NCBI RefSeq assembly: GCF_009914755.1
Contig: NC_060927.1
Strand: one strand, 5' to 3'
DNA length: 64,000 nucleotides
Source of the DNA: the human T2T-CHM13v2.0 reference genome, Homo sapiens
How positions within the stretch are numbered: position 1 is the first letter of the stretch; every line of letters starts with the position of its first letter. Shown here piece after piece: positions 41,270-56,338 of the stretch. A model generated the notes under the pieces. It was not told the DNA's origin. It worked only from the letters and a program-made list of their open reading frames with translations, and did no database searches. The position numbers and the translations under genes are program-made.

Positions 41270-42260
41270 CATGCAGCTCCTCTCCAAACACAGCCCCCAG
41301 TGAATCAGGCCTCCCATATCCATGTCTTCCTGTCATCACCTCCCAGTGACTCTGGGCTGGCCCTGTGATTCACTTTTGACTGTAGAATGCGGCAGAAAAA
41401 TGTTAAACGAACTAAGGCAGAAATAGACAAATTTTGCATATTCTCATATGTGGGGGCTGAAAATTAAGCAAATTGAACTCATGCAGGTAGAATAGAATGA
41501 TGGTTATCGGAGGCTGGGGAGAGTAGGAGGAATAGGAGGATAAAGTGGAGTTCATTAATGGGTACAAAAATAGTCAGAATGAATACGATCTAGTATTTGG
41601 TAGCACAATAGGGTGACTATAATTAACAATAATCTATTGTATGTTTTCAAATAATGAAAAGGGTAGAATTAGAATGTTGCTAACACAAAGAAATGATAAA
41701 TGCTTAGGTGATGGAGGCACCAATTACCCTGATTTGATCCATTAGACAATGTTTGTATCAAATCATCACATGTACCCCATAAATATATATACCTAGTATG
41801 TACCCATCATTCAAAATAATTTTTTTGAATGGGGCAAAATTAACACTACATAACTTCTGAGACTAGGTCAAAAGGAGTCCTGCAGCTTCCATGCGGATCC
41901 TTGAAATACTCAGTCTTGCTTCCTTTCCCCTGAAAGGGCCATACTGTGAAGAAGCCCAAACTAACTACCTGAAGGCAGCATGGAGAGAGAGAGAGATGCC
42001 TAGTCAGCCTCTAGTCTTTTCAGTCATCCTGGCTGAGGTGCCAGGCATGCGAGCAAGGAAGCCTTCTTGGACATCTTGTGCAGCGGAACTTTCAGATGAC
42101 TCTAGCCTTAGCTTTCATTTGACCGTGACCACATAAGTGTCTCCAAGATCTGCCCAGCTAAGGCTAGTCAACACATGGACCCATCAAAGAAAAATACATT
42201 GTTTTAAACCACAGAGTTTTGAAGTGGCTCATTATCCATCAATAGATAACCACAGTATAA
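41270..42260 (+). mobile_element. MLT1 (F/G/H-like) LTR interrupted by L1
   Basis: tgactctgggctggccctgtgatt...gaatgcggcagaa | gacttctgagactaggtca...aatagataac. Confidence 0.7.
41398..41826 (+). mobile_element. L1MA 3' end
   Basis: gcacaatagggtgactat...ccaattaccctgatttgatc...catgtaccccataaatatatatacc; TSD gaatg(c/g)ggca(g/a)aa. Confidence 0.88.
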
Positions 42261-43149
42261 CAAAAAGAGTTCTCTTCATCTAACATTTTGTAAACACATT
42301 ATCTTACAGTCATGTGCATCTGCAAGGAGCACTTGAGACAGGTCTTAGATGTTGGCTGGCTTCCCTCAGAGTGAGCATTTCAAGAGATCCTGGTGGAAGC
42401 TGCAAGAATTTTGACCTTGTACCACATCTGCAGCCAAAAGTGAATCAGAGGGTCAGCCCAGATTCACTGGGAAGTGATGACACCAAGGCAAGGATATGGG
42501 AGGCCTGCTTCATTGCAGGGACTATCTTTGGAGACTAGCTTCCACAAGAGCAGATAAACTAGAGTGCCACTGACCCCACTGTGTAAGGCTGCCTTCTTAA
42601 TTGGCTGTTGAACTGTTATATCTTGCAGTCAAATTATTTTTCCATCCTATTAATTGAATTCTATACACAGAAAGATATTGAGAACTGCTAAGTGAACTAA
42701 AGAACAAACTGAATTAGAAACTTTCCAAGGCTGTAGGACCCAACCCACAGACATTTGTTTGCCTGCACTGCAGCTAATTATGATCCTGGTGAGGCTCTGA
42801 TTAATGTTCAGGAAAACTAGGTATTCAATGTGTAGTCCATTGATATTGTTTCTTCTATTGTTAATGTCTGTAGAGCAAATTTAAGGTCTTGAAGGAGAAG
42901 AAAAATCTGCCTCTGTTTTTATATTTTGCCTTATAATCAGGAGGTTGTGTATTTTGTAACTGCATCAATGAAGCTATACAGATACAATGAAATCCATGCA
43001 TATCAGAACAGTATGATCTGGTTAAATGCCATTTGGCAGGGTTAGAATTATTCCCATCACACCTACCACATCCTGACAGGGTGAAAAACATTTTAAAATT
43101 AGTATAATGCTATGTTTCCTTTAGTCTGAGGCTTTTCTTTTCTAATTAA

Positions 43150-43820
43150 TTGACTCATTTTTTAAAGGCAGTTTCAGGTTTATAGAAAAGCAGAAAGTAT
43201 TTTGAACAGAGTGTCCATATATCACCTCTCCATACCCCTCCCCTCAATTTCCCCTATTATAAATGTCTTGAAGACTTGATGTGGTAGCATTAATACTGTA
43301 ATCCTAGCATTTTGGGAGGCCGAGGCAGGAGGATCGCTTGAGACCAGAAGTTCAAGACCAGCCTAGGCAACATGGCAAGACGCTGTCTCTACAAAAAAGA
43401 AAAAAAATAGCAGAATGCAATGGCTCATTGCCTGTAGTCCCAGTTACTCGGAAGGGGCTCAAACCTGCAGTCCCAGCTACTCAGAAAGCTAAGATAAGAG
43501 AATCACTTGAACCCAGGGGTCTGAGGTTGCAGTGAACTATGATCATGCCACTGCACTCCAGCCTGGAGGACAGAACAAGACTCTGTCTTAAAAAAAAAAA
43601 AAAAAAAAAAAAAAAGACAGAAAATCTTGCATTTGGTGAGGTATGTTTATTACAACTGATAAGCCAAGACTGACACATTATTATTAACTAAAGTCCATAG
43701 TTTACGTTAGGATCTACTCTTTCTGTTACACATGCTATAGACTTTGGAAAACTCATGTATTCATCACAAATGTATGTTATGTATTTGTCCCTGGCCCCCA
43801 AATATCTTGTGTTCCACCTG
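43150..43820 (-). mobile_element. L1MB/MC 3' end split by AluJ
   Basis: cagtttcaggtttatagaaaa...tcccctattat | acacattattattaactaaagtccatagtttac. Confidence 0.75.
43272..43615 (+). mobile_element. AluJ with internal ~33-bp duplication
   Basis: ggaggatcgcttgag...; duplicated ggctca..cctg(t/c)agtcccag(t/c)tactc; long A tail. Confidence 0.9.
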
Positions 43821-44254
43821 ACCCATATCTTTTTCACATTTTAATGTCTCAGAAATGGGGATATTCAAATACCATTGATGGCTACAATGAATGTAATGTG
43901 CTGTCTCCTTTCCCTTCCTCTCTCCCCGCTTTCCCTGCCTCTCTCTCCCCTTCCTTTCCCTTCCAACTTTCCTTCACCTGAGAGGTTCTTGTTAAACTGC
44001 CAGGGTATTTTATAATCCATGGCATCTTAGCACTGAGGAAACATGGTAGTAAAAGAGGCCTTGATATGAAGCCTAGTATGTACTCTCTTCTCCTTTGTTG
44101 CATATCACTGAGAATAACTAACAGGACCTGCTCCATTCTCCTTCTGACTGGAGTTGTGGGGGAGGTTGCCTAATGTAGCAGCCTTTTTCTGCCATGTGCA
44201 CATGTCACTTTCTTCCCTGCCATCAGAATCTGGTTTTGTGTCCGGGTGATGTGC

Positions 44255-44732
44255 TGTGTTTCCTCTGCTTTCTCTTTGAGGTCCCCTCTTCTCCATCTTT
44301 CTCCACCCTGCTCTGCCCCTGGAGACTGCCCTGTTTGGATTACATCAATAGGTCCCAAGCCCTTTGGCTTTCAGTTGTTTCATCAGTGAGGAGTCTGGGC
44401 AGGAGAATGGAAGGACTGAGGCGGGTGTTTACTCTCCAAGTTCTCTTATAAAGGCCACCTTAACCTGGCTCTGTTCCTTGATAGAAGGTCACTGCTCCTC
44501 TGAAAGTGGGTGATTCTACGAGAATCTTTCTCTTTTTGAATCTCATAAGCTCTCTGTCACCTCATTACATTGGCCCAGGGATGGTAGCAGCCTGTGTTTT
44601 TATACCATCCCTTGTAGTTTCCCCAAACCCTGGCCACATCTTCATAATGAGCCCCCTTTGCAAATTCGCCCTCCTGGAATTGTCCTCATTTGAATGGACC
44701 ATCTGGTTGTTGTCGGGTTCTCAACTGATACA
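44255..44732 (+). mobile_element. LTR33-like ERVL LTR
   Basis: ttctccaccctgctctgcccctggagactgccctgtttggattacatcaa...ctgataca. Confidence 0.65.
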
Positions 44733-44769
44733 GGCTGCAAATGGAGATTACTTTCATCTCAGAGAGAGG

Positions 44770-45235
44770 AGGCCTCAGTCCCAGGGGATGAACCATGATT
44801 GGTCTAAACAATTCTTGGTGGTCTAAATCTTTGTTACTAATGATTGATCTAGGCCCTAAATTCTAGGGGTTCCAATAAAAGTAAAAGGAAGTCAGCTGGG
44901 GGACTTCTGTTTTTGAAGATAAAGACAGAGCTTCATGATAGAAAAAGACATTTGTTCTCCCATGGATATTGGTGTAATTTCATGATGCCTGGAGATACAA
45001 CTGCCACTTTGCGACCATGAGGTGACCAAAATAAAAAAAAAAAAATTCAAAAACCCTGTCATGTACAGAGAGCCAGGATGTCTCTCTCTCTAAAAATATA
45101 TATTCTCAATGGTATTTCAGAGCCTTGCATGAAATCTGAAACCACCTATTTTGGATTACTCTTCTTTGGGTAATATGATCACATGCCCTTACTGTTTATG
45201 CCACTAAGAGTCAGCAAAACCCATTCCTACCTGAT
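44770..45235 (+). mobile_element. Old MLT1 LTR fragment
   Basis: gatgcctggagatacaactgccactttgcgaccatgagg. Confidence 0.5.
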
Positions 45236-46162
45236 AGAGTGAGGGAGCGGGGTTGATAATAAAGGTAACACATAACATTCTCCAGCTCAGGATGTGGTGG
45301 AGAAGGGATAGGAAAACACTGAGTCTAAGATGAAAAGGGGTGCATATTGACTTGCCCTCATTGTTCTATCTTTAGAAGAGGCAGCATGAGGCTTTTACCA
45401 TCCATTGGACCTGTGCCATACTCAATGCAATATCAGAATCCACTACATGAGAAGCTTCTCAGTGTTTAGAATCTGACTTTCATAGCCAGATAACACTGAG
45501 TCCTTACTCAATGTTTCTAAAGCTCCTACTCTGGGTTTTTCCACTAACTGCCTTTGCTGATATTAGACTCTTATCTTTAGCCTGTCCATTTGAGGAATAG
45601 TCTTTCTGTTTCTAGGGGAAAAATAACTAATTCCTGACCACCTGCTCAAACCAGGCAAATATAGTATTTCAAATCCTAACAATCCTGCAAGGTAGAAACT
45701 ACAATTACTTCCATTTTACAGAGAAGGAAACTGAGGTTTTTAGATATAAAATCACCCAAATCTGTCTTAAACCTAAGCACTTGTTTCTAGTATGCTTAAA
45801 GTAAGCATAAATTCTGAGCACACCTGTCTTATTCATAATCTGGACACTGTAACCCCTTGCTGCATTTTCCCTATTCCTGACCTGTCCCTTGCTCTCCTCC
45901 TGCTGTTCATCAGCTTGCTCAATGCACAGCACTGATCATGCATATTCTTCCTTGGGCCCAATTTTGCTCTCATTTTCAGACCCCATCCTGAAGCTTTGGG
46001 GCTGTCAACACCCACAGGGTGACCTCAGAGTTTTTTTACAAAAGAAATAGACTTCACACACTTGAGTGAGCCTGACATTTTCTCTGGATAAAAACCAATG
46101 CCTAATTTACATTTTATATATTCAGAGTTTATTTTAAAATTTGGCTTCTATCTTACTCTATA

Positions 46163-46497
46163 CAGACGGTTCTCAATTTATGCTAAATCGACATATGATT
46201 TTTTGACTTTACGATGGTGTGAAAGTGATACGATACTCTCACACATTGCTGGGCGGTGGCTCCCAGTCAACAACATGATCACCAAAGTAAACAACTGATA
46301 CTCTACAGTTTACTGTGTTGCCAGATGATTCTGCCCAACTGTAGACTAACACAAGTGTTCTGAGCACTTTTAAGTTAGGCTGGACTAAGCTATCATGTTT
46401 AGTAGTTTAGATGTATTAAATGCATTTTCGACTCAATATTTTGAACTTATAGTGAGTTTATTGGGATGTAACCCCATTTTAAGTCAAACAGCATCTG
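46163..46497. mobile_element. MER47 (Tigger5-type) MITE
   Basis: TA-flanked TIRs cagacggttctcaattta / taagtcaaacagcatctg; internal ttttttgactttacgatggtg. Confidence 0.85.
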
Positions 46498-46853
46498 TAT
46501 AGAAGAATCAAACAAGATAATAAGACATACTACTCCTGAAGAGAGATTAAATAATCAGTGTCTACCCACATTGGGAGTAAAGGCAATGGTAAACAAAGGG
46601 TTTATGGGACAAATGATGTTCAGAACTATCAATGGGCTCATTAGACACACACACCAGGATCGTCAGAGCAATGACTGGCTTGAATAGAATTCCACCAGAG
46701 AGAAGCCATGAGAAACAAATCAGAAAGTTCCATGTAATCTAAGAGGCTTCCTTCGGATGTCAAAGGATCTGGTAACTTCATTTCTTTGTTTTTCTGGAAT
46801 GCTAGACCATATGATTTTCTGGAGACAGAGAAAAAAAGATGTTGTTTTGATAC

Positions 46854-47803
46854 TGATAGCAACAGGAGGCATAGAAATTCTAGGCAGACAGGGGCAGGTC
46901 ACTGGTGAAGCTCCGCCCTCCAGCCAAAAAACCTGAAACTATAGCCCGAAGTGAGAACTCATATCCCTGTTTTCCCACTCGAATGCTGCCTTTTCCTAAA
47001 CCACCCATGGCCCCGCCCCACCCCATCCTGTGCCTATAAAGACCCTGGACTCAGCTGGCAGAAAGGAGAAGCAGCTAGACATTGGAGACTACAGTTGAAC
47101 ATTGGAGAGAAGCAGCTTGACTTCAGAGGGACAGCTTGATGGCATAACTTCGGAGAAGAATCCAGCCAGAGACAGCCAGACTTTGGGGGAAAATTACCTA
47201 CCTACCCCATCCCCTTATCAGTTCCCCTTCCCACTGAGAGCCACTTTCACTGACAACAAAATCCACGTTTACCATTTTTCAATTTGTTCGTGTGACCTCA
47301 TTTTTCCTGGACACCAGACAAGAGCTTGGGAGCCACCAGTGTGGATACAAAAGGCTGTCACACTGGCCCTTTACCCTTGCTGGCAGAGGACAGCTGTGGG
47401 CCCACTGGGCTGTTAACACTTAAGCTATCTGCTGATGGCAGAGCTAAAAGAGTACTGTAACATGCCCTTTGTGGCTTCAGGAGTCACAGGCACCCTGCCT
47501 GGATCCTGCCATAGGCCTGCATATGAAGTTCACTCCTGCCAGCACCCAAAAGCACTGGCTCCAGCTGCTGCACCTGCTCACCTGCATGCTCCCTCCCATG
47601 AGAGGTGGAATGTAGCAGGTCTGAGTCAGTTGAATCTGATCCCACCAGTGCTGAAATGGCTGGCCAGTTCCAGCCGTTGTGAACTCCAGCTCCTGCCTTG
47701 TTCAGTCACACACTGTCTCCCTGGAGTTGACAGCAGTGGGCTGAGTAAATGAGGCACCCCTGTCATGAGTCCCACAAAGGGGTCAGGGAAATATCCTGCT
47801 TCA
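46854..47803 (+). mobile_element. ERV1 solo LTR (LTR1/LTR27/LTR28 family)
   Basis: 950 bp with TG...CA ends; starts tgatagcaacaggaggc...ctaggcagacagggg, ends cccacaaaggggtcagggaaatatcctgcttca; near-TSD atac/atat. Confidence 0.85.
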
Positions 47804-47994
47804 ATATCATCTGATTCACTCACTATAATATTTTTCACAATGACGATTCTATTCTATTTTCAAAGTATGATTCTCACAGGTTTTGTTAAATGTGGTGAGC
47901 ACATATCCTTAGAGGACCAATGCTTTCGTAGACTTTATGCATAGAAGTGGCACATAGCAATATATTTAGGTGTAATAGATAATATCCAATGAAA

Positions 47995-48250
47995 ACATAT
48001 GCATTATCATTTATTGAGCATTTCTGTGTGTCTCTCAATATTCTAAACATTTTGATGTGCTAATTCATGTAATCTTCAAACAATGCCATGAGGTAATATC
48101 AAATTTTTTTTGGACTTGTGAAGTCACTGAAACTTAGCAAAGGTATGAAACTTGTTCAAGGTCCACATGTGATAGTGATAGAGCCCAAGTTCCAACCTGT
48201 TTCACCTGATTGCAGAGCCCACACTGTTAAACATGCTAATATACTGTCTT
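47995..48250 (-). mobile_element. MIR SINE
   Basis: catttattgagcatttctgtgtg...aacttgttcaaggtccaca. Confidence 0.65.
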
Positions 48251-48727
48251 TCATTGGCATCAAAAATTATGACTTGAAACAGCCTATTTGCAATTGAAGA
48301 CATGTCAGGTTATCTACATAGATGTATTTGCCAGGTTTTAGGGTTCAGACTCAAGCCAAGAGTTGGATAACCCAGGGTCTTTGTGCTTTAGGGACCTCAA
48401 GGGGGGGATCTCATTTAATATATAAATATATATAAATATATAAAATAAATATAACAAAAAAAGCAAGGAGAGTGGTATTTTAATTATTCTTTAATTTGTT
48501 ACAACTAAATGCTGTGCTTTCCAAAACTTCATCTGAAGATCAAAACATACTCCTTCGTTCCAGAAGTTCTAACCAATAAAAAAGATTCTCTTGGGAGTAG
48601 AACTTTAGGAAATGGTAACTGTGCTGCCCTATCATTTATAATATAAAAGTTTGGCAACATTGAACTAAGTTAAATGTACCTGTGATTTGAAGACAAAGCC
48701 TTTCAAAGTTTTAGAGATATAGAGACA

Positions 48728-49210
48728 TGTATCAGCTATCTTTTGTTGTGTAACAAACCACCCACAATTTTGTGGCTTAAAAGAATAAAATTATTTAGCT
48801 CATGGTTCTGTGAGTTGGCAATTTAGGTTGGGCTCAGCAGATTAGTTCTGCCAGTCCCTGCTGGTCTCACTCATGTGTCTCTCAATCAGTACATTAGCTG
48901 GAGTTGTCTGGGACTGGCTGGGTTTATGATGACCTCAGCATGGATGGTTGGAATGAGTGCCGTCACTCTCCATATAGTTTTTCATCTTTCAGTAGACTAG
49001 ACTGAGCTTGTTCTCATAGTGGTCACAAAGTTGCAGAAAGTCAGTCTCCAATGTGAAAGCATATTTCAAGCATGTGCTCAGGTCAAATTTGCTATTGTTC
49101 CATTGGCCAAAGCAAGTCACATGGCCAATCCTATGTGTGGGGCATGACCATCCTAAGATGTGGCTATAGGGAGGCATGAAAAAATTGGAAGTCAAAGCAA
49201 TAATCTATTA
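48728..49210 (-). mobile_element. MLT1 (H/I/J-like) LTR
   Basis: tgtatcagctatctttt...gtaacaaaccacccaca...cattggccaaagcaagtcacatggccaa. Confidence 0.75.
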
Positions 49211-50115
49211 CAAGATATAAATCCAAAGGTACAGATTTCTAAAGATGGATATTTTTTAAATATCTTAAAATAAAATTTTGATTACGCAAAACCAAATAAT
49301 TTTAAATAATTATAAAGTATCAAATTTTGTAAGAAAACCAATGTTTTTCTACAGGGAACCATCTGATAAGTTTGAATTTTAAAAGATAGATACAAATGAT
49401 AGAATATCATTATCAAGAATAAACTAAATGGGAGACATCTGTGAGAATAAAAATTTTTAAAAATAGAGGTTTGAAAAATGTATCAAGACAAACAGTGTTG
49501 TTTATTATCAGACAATCTTTTTGTGGTATTTTTTCATTCTTCATGTATGTTCTGAGCAAGGAAGAAGTGATAGGCCAAAGCTTGGAGCAGTTAGTGTTAT
49601 GTTAGCAGATGGTCAGGAAAAGCAGAACTATTCCCTTTCTGTCGTGCTTCCATTTTCGCCATTAAAAAGAAAGAACTTTAAGCTGGAAAGGTTGGAATAA
49701 ATGTGATTGAATAAAAAATGAACCCATATTTGCTGAAGAGTTGGTTTAGTGCTCAGATAACTACATGGGATAGTGATAGCAATTGCAGATGTGACTGTAG
49801 AATTTTTATTTGAAAACATATGTGACATAAATATGTGGAACAAGAATTTCCAAAAGATCAATGGTGACCATTTATAAAGCTGATATTCAAAAGGTCATGT
49901 ATTCTACAGTCATTTCAATTTCAGAAATTTTACACTACCAAGTTTATCAGTCCTTTCTTGATTTTAGGAGAGAGTCATTTGGTCATTAATTCTCATTAAT
50001 TTAATCAATATTAAGCAGTGGATGTAACAATGAATGTCTGTCTAGGGAAATTCCCATTTACTTAGGGAGACAGAAATGCAAATAAGCCACTATATTGCCC
50101 ATGAAAGAATGCTGA

Positions 50116-50566
<451 letters not shown>

Positions 50567-51229
50567 TCAATGTGGCTAGATATTAGGGAGGGATGAGGGA
50601 ACTGTAGGAGACAAACCAAAAGCATATTTAATTTAAAGGCAGCAGAAGCATTTAATAAAAAGCATTATTTGCTAGTTATACATTTATTCCAAAGGAAAAG
50701 GGAAACTATACAACACGTTAATTTCCAGTATAGGTCTATTTCTGAGTTTCTAATGTGTTATATTGATCAATGCGTTCATATCTAAACAGATGATTAAACA
50801 AATCCCCAGAAAAGAAAGGCTCACTGGAACCCATCATGGTTCTTAGGGCATGTTTATAATTCTTTCTGCTAAAATTTCAGGTATAAAATTTGTAAATATG
50901 AGACAAACGGCCACTTGATTTTGGTAATAAATTTGACAAGAACTCACACTATCTTAGTAGACAAGATTAAGGCTAGGTAATTATATAGTTGGGTAGATGT
51001 ATTGTGACTGGACAATTTATTAGAATCAGCCTTTTTGGTATCCATACTTAATCTTTTACCTTGTTGTTTTAATCAATAACTTGGATGAAGACACATGATT
51101 ATAAATGTTTAAGTCATGCAAGCAATAGATAGTACATTGGAAAATCAGGTTCAAAGAACTGTGTTATGCTCTAAATAACAAGCTAAAATCGGAGATGAAA
51201 GTCCAAGATTTTGGTTACAATTTTTGATA

Positions 51230-51880
51230 TGTCAACTAAATGTAATATGAGGATTCTATTTGGATCCTGATTTGACTAAACCAATTCTGAAAATAAATAT
51301 TTAAGACAATACTGGAAAATTAAATATAGACTTGGCGTTAGATAATACTAACAAAATATTACAAATTTTTAAAGTATGATAGTGGGCCTTTCGGTTACAT
51401 TTAAAAATAGTTCTTTCCGGGAACAGTGACTCATGCCTATAATCCTAGCATTTTGGGAGGCCAACGCGTTGGATTGCTTTAGCCCAGGCATTTGAGATCA
51501 GGCTGGGCAACAAAGTGAGATCTATCTACAAAAAATTTTTTTAAAAATTAGCCAGGTGTAGTGGTTTGCACCTGTACTCCCAGCTACTGAGAAGTCTGAG
51601 GCGGGAGGATCCCGTGAGCTCAGGAGTTTAAGATTGCAGTGAGCTAGGATCCTACCACTGCACTTCAGCCTGGGTGACAGAGCAAGACCTTGTCTCAAAA
51701 AATGAAATGGTTTTTATCTTCTAGCAATACATGAATATTTACAGGTAAATTATATGACTATGGTATTTGCTTTAAAATAGTACAGGAACAAACAAAAAAA
51801 CATGGGAGGTAGATGGATGAAATACGTACACACAAAAAAAGATAATGTTGAATCTGAGTGATGGGGATGGTAGGGGAAAT
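51230..51880 (+). mobile_element. L1MC/ME 3' fragment split by AluJ
   Basis: caactaaatgtaatatg...ttggatcctga...; tatttacaggtaaattatatg...tatttgctttaaaata. Confidence 0.65.
51417..51702 (+). mobile_element. AluJ
   Basis: ggattgctttagcccagg...gcagtgagctaggatc...ccagcctgggtgacagagcaagacc. Confidence 0.9.
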
Positions 51881-53099
51881 TAAGTTCCTGTTCTGGGGGC
51901 TGAATACTACCTACCCTTACCTCTGCCTCATGAATGGGATTAGTGTCCTTACAAAAGAGGTTCGAGGGAGCCCTTTTGCCCTTCCCCTTTTGCCTTTCAG
52001 CAAGGAGACGCTCACTGTGGATGGTATCCATCCAGAAAAGTGACTAGGCTACTTGCTTTCCAACCTCCTCTTCTCTAGAGGTGCAACCAAACTTCTATTT
52101 AGCCTGCCCTGTACAGGCCAGTGGTCTCCAGTTTTGATGATGTGTGTGTGCACATGGAGGTGTTGAGGGAGAAGGAGGGTCAGACAGGGATTAGAGCAGA
52201 GAAACAGACCAGTTTCTCATGTAGACTATTGATTACTTCAGCCGTGCAGGACACCTCCTTGTACAGCATGATCTGCTGTCCTGTTGACAAAATTATAAAA
52301 CAAGCTCCTCCCTCTCTGTATTCTCGTCATGGGGATATTTCATGTGGGCAGTTGCAAGCCTTCTGGGACTACGTCTTTAGAAGTACTTACGCTTAATCCA
52401 GGTAACCAGCTGTCAAGGAGCGTACCTATCTGGCTGAATAACTCTCCATTTTATCATCTGTGATGATGTTTCTCAGGAGTCTTTAGGTAAAAGGAGCTAC
52501 ATGCTCATATTAATGTTTTCAAATAATGAGGTACTAATTTTATAAATAAGTGGCTCTGCTTCAGAAAAGTCAGCTACAGCTTACACCCTATAAAATAATC
52601 AAAAAAGGACAAGAACAGTCACAGTATTAAAGGAAGAGGCATAAATGTAGAGGAAGCAAGTGTAAGTGTGCTAAGGTAAGACAGAAAATATGTCGATGGT
52701 AGGGAAACCTAAAGGCAAGGTAGAGAAGTTTTCTGAAAATTACGGCTGAGAAACAAGCTTGGTAATTAAACCAACACTTAGTCAACTTATCTAATTATTG
52801 TGACATATAGCCAGATTCAGAACTGTTTTTAAAAATCAAGTTGTACATTTTGTAAATTCCTCTACAAATCAATAGGTAGGATCACACAGCAGAAAGCCCA
52901 TCTAATCCAATGAAGGGGAAACTGGGGAATGGAGAGGTGAAGTGATAAAGTCACACAGTTAATTAGAGTAAAGACACAAATTAGGATCCAGATCTTTAAA
53001 CTATTGATTATGTTTTTTCCCCAAACAGATTAATACAGACAAATAGCCACCTACAGAACTTCAAAGTTCTAGAAAGCCAGTAAGGCTTATCTCTTAGCT

Positions 53100-53520
53100 A
53101 ATGGTGTTTGGAGTTCCATTTCATAGTTTCAGCCTATGGAGGACACTGGTAGGAGACTGCAACGTGGTTGAAAGAAGAGATAAAGATAATTCCACTTTCT
53201 CTTTCTTTGCCTTGAGTTGTCTCTTCAACAGAAGCTGATTGGTTTCAACTCTGGTCAGACAGACTCCACGATGGTTACAGCTCCTACCAGGGGGCTGAGG
53301 CTTCTGCAAGGTGGTCAAGTCCAGTGGCACTGCCCCCTGCCTTTGTCTCACCTCCCCAGACAATGGAAGCATCTTTTTGCAGTTGCTATTCTGAGATGTC
53401 TTACCGTCTTCCTTTGTTTTTTCAGTTCTTCTAGCACTCTCATTATTAGGTGTTCATAGTAAATTCCTTTCATTAAACTGCTCAGAATAGATTCTATTTT
53501 CTGGCTGAACCCTGCTACTC
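53100..53520 (+). mobile_element. LTR33/LTR41-like ERVL LTR
   Basis: ttcagcctatggaggacactggtaggaga...aaattcctttcattaaac. Confidence 0.45.
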
Positions 53521-54393
53521 AAACCCTTCGCAAGTCCCAAAGTGTAAAGAAATTGATCTACCTTATGATCAATTTCATCAGAGTTACACACAAAGGAAAC
53601 AAAATTTCATTTCCAAAATCTAAAAACAGTTGTCTTGACTAAGGTCTCAAAGAGGATGCAAAGGGATGAGGACACATTGCCTAGCATGCAACAAATTTTT
53701 TCTATAGTTTGTGACATTCACTTGCTCCCTCAAAACCTGTGTTGATTATGCTACCATCTTAAAGTTGAATGAAAAAGGTTTCCAAATACAATGACAAAAC
53801 AAACTAAAAATCTATTATTTTATTGAGATTCATTGATGTTAAAGATTACATTTATATTTTCAACTGCAAAATAATTATAATTTGCAGTGAATAACAACCC
53901 TCAATGAATCAATTTCAAATATTTGGTCTCAAAATAAGTAATGATACAATAAAATTATTTACTTTTTATTAATAAAAAAGAAAAAAATGCTGGGATAAAA
54001 CATAAAGATGGTAGATTTCAATCCCAATATACCAGTAATTACATTAAGAGGCTAAATATTCTAAATAATGATTTGTGTTGTTGGACTGTATAAATAAAAC
54101 TTACCATATGCTGCTTTTAAAAGACATAATCATCAGAATCGAATAAATCTTGTAAAACATGTAGGTGCTCTACACTAAAATCTAGAAAACTTTATTGAGA
54201 TAATTACCTAAGACCTACATTAATATATAGACACACCATATTCAATAATGAAAAATAATCTATATGATAGAGATGTCAATGCCCTCTAATCTGGAGAATG
54301 CTGCATGTTCTAATGTTGGCAAATAACTAGTGAGCTCGCTGTCAGGTCACCTCTGACCTGGTGGCACAGAACTCTAGCTATGGACGAATCTAA

Positions 54394-54958
<565 letters not shown>

Positions 54959-55279
54959 TAAGAAACCTGTGAGCCATCCAAACCCTTTGCTGTTTTTTTT
55001 AATTGATGATCCAGTTAAATCCAGACATTTAAAGACAAGATAGGCAACATCCATATAAAGCAATTATAACAAGAACAAAGAAAATGGGAATTGTTCTTAC
55101 CTGATGACCATGATCTAAAAAAAGAAACAGCAGAATAAAACTGTAAAACAACACTGCAACGTGATATGTCATGAATAAGTATTTGCAAATATGAGAACAC
55201 TTCCAATAAGAAATGTCGACTAGGATAAGCAGAAAATAGGAATGTGAAATCATCAAACTCAGAAAATAACTTGAATTTA

Positions 55280-55567
<288 letters not shown>

Positions 55568-56338
55568 CTAAATATCAAACTCCCTAAGGGGAAATGAAAT
55601 CGATTAAAAATAAGGAGCTCTGATGAGATGAACAAAAACAGTTATAAGAAAGTGAAACAAAGGATCCAAGAGCCAGTACAAATATTCTTGAAATAAATAT
55701 AATTGGAATCCATGAAGAAGAAAAAACAATGGGATATAACTAATATTTTAAAACATCATCCAAGAAAACACTCCAGAGGAAAAAAATTCTAGAATACGTA
55801 TTGAAAAGGCCCACTGTGTGCTGAGAATTGTCAATTTCAAGCTATAACCTAGAAAATCATTAAATCGTAAAGATAAAGAAGAAATACCATGGATCTCTCA
55901 GTAAAACAGCAAAGTCATTTGCAAAAGACAGAAAAAAATGGTGTGTATCAAACTTCTCAATAGCAACATGCACAATTTTAAAAATTGAAGCAACATTTTC
56001 TCAAAGCTCAAAGATAGTCAGCCAAGATTTTTTTTAATCAAAGTTCTAGAATCAAAGCTATTGAAGAATAAATTTAAACATTTATGAACTGAAAGAATAT
56101 TCATATGTTCTTGAAAAATTGGCTAGAGTATGACCAAGAGATGATTGGGAAAATGCTGTCAAAATTTTGAGTATATATATACTCAATAGACCCCATATTT
56201 CCATGTTATCTTTCCATACTCATATATTGAAGACATATATCGGAGACAAAAAAGTGGTGGTAATGGGGGGAAAATAGTTTGTAAATGTTGTATGTTTTGA
56301 TAGAGTTGAAACAATACAACTAAAAAGTGAAAGAAAGG

